Assembly (NCBI GenBank): GCA_030704615.1
Contig: CM060734.1
Location: 48,546,001 to 48,610,000 of the forward strand
DNA length: 64,000 bases
Reading direction: 5' to 3'
DNA from: Takakia lepidozioides
Taxonomy: Eukaryota > Plantae > Bryophyta
The position numbers and the translations under genes were made by a program. Under the pieces are notes generated by a model. That model saw nothing but the letters and a program-made list of their open reading frames with translations. It had not been told where the DNA came from and made no database searches. How positions within the stretch are numbered: position 1 is the first letter of the stretch; each line of letters starts with the position of its first letter. Shown here in pieces: positions 60,299 to 64,000 of the stretch.

Positions 60299-62378
60299 TT
60301 ACAAGGTGTTACATTGCACAGCAGCGAATCCGACCTGCTTGTTTACAACATCATACACGAACTGGTGATCTTGCTGCAGGACGTTACCGATGACGCTAAA
60401 GTCCTGACTGGGCAACATAGCCAGGCAGATGATTGTCTTGGCGTTGTCCATAAACAGGAATGTGTTCTCAGGGGGGGAAGTGTAATCGACGTTGGCGAAG
60501 TGCACAACCACAGTTGGGAAGGTAGGCTTGGACACTTGAGCAACATCATAGCATAAGTCCAGTGCGTAGGAAGATCCATCAATAGTCGGGTAGGTGATTG
60601 CACCCTGGAAGGCCTGAAGACATAACAACAGTGATACACATTTGTCAGTTCATTAAGACGATAAGACTTGGATGTGATTGTCGAATATCGTAAGAAACAA
60701 GGCACCGCGAGATATCGTTTACTGACTAGTTACGAAAGCTAAAGCATTGTCCACATTTCCAAATATTGTGCACATCTCAAGCTGAGCTGACATTGTATTG
60801 ATCTTAGAAAGTGTTTGACAAGACTAACCTGCTTCACAAGGTCATAAGCGTTTGGGGCCAAGAAGGTGAGTGTGGTTCCAGAATCAAGAATAACGCCTCC
60901 ATTTCCCGAAGAATTGATGTCAAAGGTGCCCGCTGGGATACTCAAATCTTGCCCTCCTACACTAATGCCGTTCACCGCCACGTAGTAAAATGATGGATTG
61001 TTACGATTAGAGATCAAAGGGGTGTACAGGATGCCTGATGAAGGTGTCACATCTCCGAAGAATATGGGACTGGTTGTCGTTGTGGCGCCGGTCGAGCTAA
61101 CCAAACAGTAAGAGAAAATGTTTTTAATGCCTGAGCTTGAGCTCAGCTGGGAGGGGAGAGAAATAGGGCCCCGTCCTAGACCCACAAGTCCTCCAACGCC
61201 TGCAAAAGTCCCATGGTTGTCATGCCCACACCCGAAGGCAACCTTGGGGATTCCCGGGCCGCCCAGGGTGACCGTCTCATAGGCAAAGTCCCCAGCAGTG
61301 CTGGAGAAGTCTCCATATTGATACGTGTACTCGCAGGAGGATCCACATCCTGGAGAAGGAAGGTCCTGGAGACAATCACATGGCATTTGAGTGGCATTTC
61401 CAGATGTTTAATATAGGGCTGAGCTAAAAGTCTTAAAGTTTTTGTTTTAGAGTTATTGGAAATCGCATTTGGTTTATTAACTACCATGCATCCCCACCTC
61501 TCTGTGGAGCCCACATTGCATATTGGCGCTGGAACAACAAGCACTTGACACTCAAAGCAAGACCTTTTTCCAGACATTCAAGACCTTTTTTTTGGAAAGC
61601 CAAATACAATAAGTAGCTATTACCTGGCATAGGCTGTCGTTGCAACCCACTCCTTTGTATGTTTTTGATTTCTTAGGCTCAAACTTTGGGCCAGTTTGTT
61701 GGTAACACGATGTGCAAGGCAAACACTGAACCCACACCAGATCACTTCCAGTATCTACAATTGCAGAAAACTTCTGTGGAGGGGTACCGATTGAGATCTC
61801 CATGACATACTCGTTGTTACCAGCTGATACCGGACTTTGCAGACCTGTTACAGTGGCCTTGATGTTGCGTGCAATGTTGTCCCTGCGCTCCAAACTTCTC
61901 TTCACAGCGTCAGCAATCCTTTCTGAAAATGGTTTGGGTGTTGAGGGGCTAAGTGGCGACGATGGATGATCTCTGTGGATCAGCTCACCTCGAATGACCT
62001 GAAAAATTAACAGAGCATGTTGGAAGGCGAGAATATGAGTTGCAATATTAAACTGATCTGACCTTGACATGCATCCAGCAAGGTTCTTACGAAATTGGGT
62101 CCACTAGCCAGCAAGTTGACCAAGAATTGTTAGCGATAAGAATTTATCTTGATAAAGCTTCTAACAGGTGAGATCTCGTTCTTTTCCCCAACTTACTCAC
62201 TTACAGTGGTGTTGTCGACTTTGTTGTTGGTATGCTTTACGTAATTATCTCCCTCGTGAAGTAGGCCTCTCCTTGAAAGGTCGATAGGCATTGCTCCCAT
62301 TTCAAGCGCAACATAACATTGAGCAGTCACTAAACATGCAAGGAGCGCCGTGAACAAAGTTCCAGTAAGCGACGCCAT
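60299..62378 (-). CDS. Secreted A1 aspartic protease, nepenthesin/CDR1-like, 4 exons (62205-62378, ~61624-61998, ~60830-61366, 60299-~60613)
   Basis: Signal peptide MASLTGTLFTALLACLVTA, ELIHRDHPSSP, EYVMEISIGTP, catalytic VDTGSDL and LDSGTT, Cys-rich insert, IGNVLQQD. Confidence 0.93.
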
Positions 62379-64000
62379 GCTGTTCTTCCTCCGTTGGGTT
62401 TCTTGGATCAAGTGCACGGAGAAAAGAAATTTCTAGGAACCAAGACGCTCTGGAAGAGTAGTATTGAATTTTAACTCTTTGGACCGTGTCTCTCGCTATC
62501 ACGCCCCTTTAGTCTTATACATCAGTGACCCTCGCAAAGAAAGCAAATGCGAGACTAGATTACTTCCCACGCTCAAGAAACTGGATCTAAGCTCGATCTA
62601 AGTAACTCAAACTGCCAGGCTGCAGTGACTAGGATGTGAAATGAGAATCTGAGGCCCCAATTTATGCGATCTGATCATAGATCCGTTTCCAGATTCTGCG
62701 AAGTGTGTTGAGAGAGTCCATGTTGTCGCCTCCTTGCCGAAGCCACACTTCAGGGAATTGTGTTGTGGTGTGAAATGACAGCTCCGAGAGACAGCGTGAT
62801 CTGCTCCACAGCTACGCCGCCCAATGTCGCTACAAGTTTGCTTTGTCGCCCACCACCCGCATATCCTGTTACCAGTAAACCTGCTAGTCACGTTGATAAT
62901 AAGAATTTTTTCTAGTATTGTTACTTTCTTTACTATGTAGTGACTGATTTTATAAGTTCTGCGGTGATACTATTGTATTTTTCTTCCAGGGCAATAGTGG
63001 GGTAAAAAACATGAATTCGAGGGTGCCCAACATCGCCAACGTTGCTGAGGCTACAGTTGCACATACCATGCCTGACTAGTGCTGCCTAAGTTGCGTGCTC
63101 CTTGCTCTTGTTTTAGAACCAGCTCCAAAACGTCCAGAAGATTTGCAGCCATGAGACAAGTTTTTCAAGCCTTACTCGCGAAAAAATCAGAGGACAAAAA
63201 CCCGCTGTTTAAGTGCTACTTCAAAATGGCCCCATGAATCAAACACATCCGTTTGTTTTTTTCTTTCTGACTTTGCCAAGTTCGAAATCATCCCATGGGG
63301 GTAACGAAGTTTCAGAGACTAGGACATCTTCACATGTCACTTGCAAGCCCTCTGGATGTGATATCAATTGTGTATTCGTCAACGGATAAGACAGTTTGTT
63401 TTCTCTGCAAAGTGAAATTCAACAATCTGACTTGACCTGGCTCAACACCGGGTGCATTTACAGTCTTTGTACTCGACCCCTTTTGGAATTAATTGGAGGA
63501 GTCCTTGGACCGAGCCGTTGTGGACGGCGTGCAATGGAGTCCTGCCGAGGTGATCTTGGAGTTGGAAAGAAAGTGCTGCACAAGAGAAGGTTCAGCTAGC
63601 ACTCTTTACCATGTCGACTAGCTATACTCCGCCTAATAGTCACAGATTCTCTTGGAACGAAGCTGTACTTGTACATGCACCACAACTGCATTTTCAACAA
63701 TCTCACTTGACCAGTTAGCATTTTCTCGGGGGTTATCCAGCTGAGGGAGGACGCTCTTTCATGATGGTTTGAGAAGGTGATTACTTTGACTGCAGAGATT
63801 ATTAAGAGCAATCTCAATTGATGCTGCTGCTGCAAATATTGTCCGGGTGACAGCAGCACTCGTAGCCCCAGCCTCTTTCGTGGGGCCATTGCTTGACCAG
63901 TTATGAATCCGACGTGATGTCCTTGGCTCACGAAAATCTCTCAGCACTTGATCGAATCTTGTGATAGTTTGTCATTTTACTTTGCCGTGGTATGTATCAT

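Noticed and set aside
17413-62378. Functional gene cluster (ATPase, FAH, helicase, protease)
   Set aside because: Unrelated pathways separated by transposon-rich DNA, with no evidence of co-regulation.
63396-63947. Possible gene fragment at the window end
   Set aside because: Short interrupted ORFs with no identifiable domain.

Overview
Eukaryotic nuclear DNA from a non-seed land plant, most likely a moss or other bryophyte (inferred from PLS-class PPR, a P5B-like ATPase, a Replitron and a half-tRNA-primed Copia). Host genes: a disrupted PLS-class PPR gene (-; pieces at ~30-119, 2318-2409 and 9412-10946), a ~16-kb multi-exon divergent P5-type ATPase (-), fumarylacetoacetase (+), an SDE3/MOV10-like RNA helicase (+) and a nepenthesin-like aspartic protease (-). 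The most unusual part is the first 10 kb, where the PPR gene is split by a stack of rare transposons. These are a Replitron-type HUH element and two different piggyBac-type elements joined through one shared TTAA. The larger one (4665-9407) has 15-bp TIRs, TTAA on both sides and a decayed DDD transposase with an unexplained N-terminal domain. The outer junction of the smaller one carries telomere-like CCCTAAA filler. Also present: a full-length Copia element (277-bp LTRs, TATGT TSD, protease region missing), LINE fragments, about ten (CATTT)n-tailed retroposon ends confined to the ATPase introns (two form a ~305-bp inverted repeat), two copies of a tRNA-derived SINE and palindromic repeat arrays. 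All family assignments come from motif recognition by eye; no searches were run.
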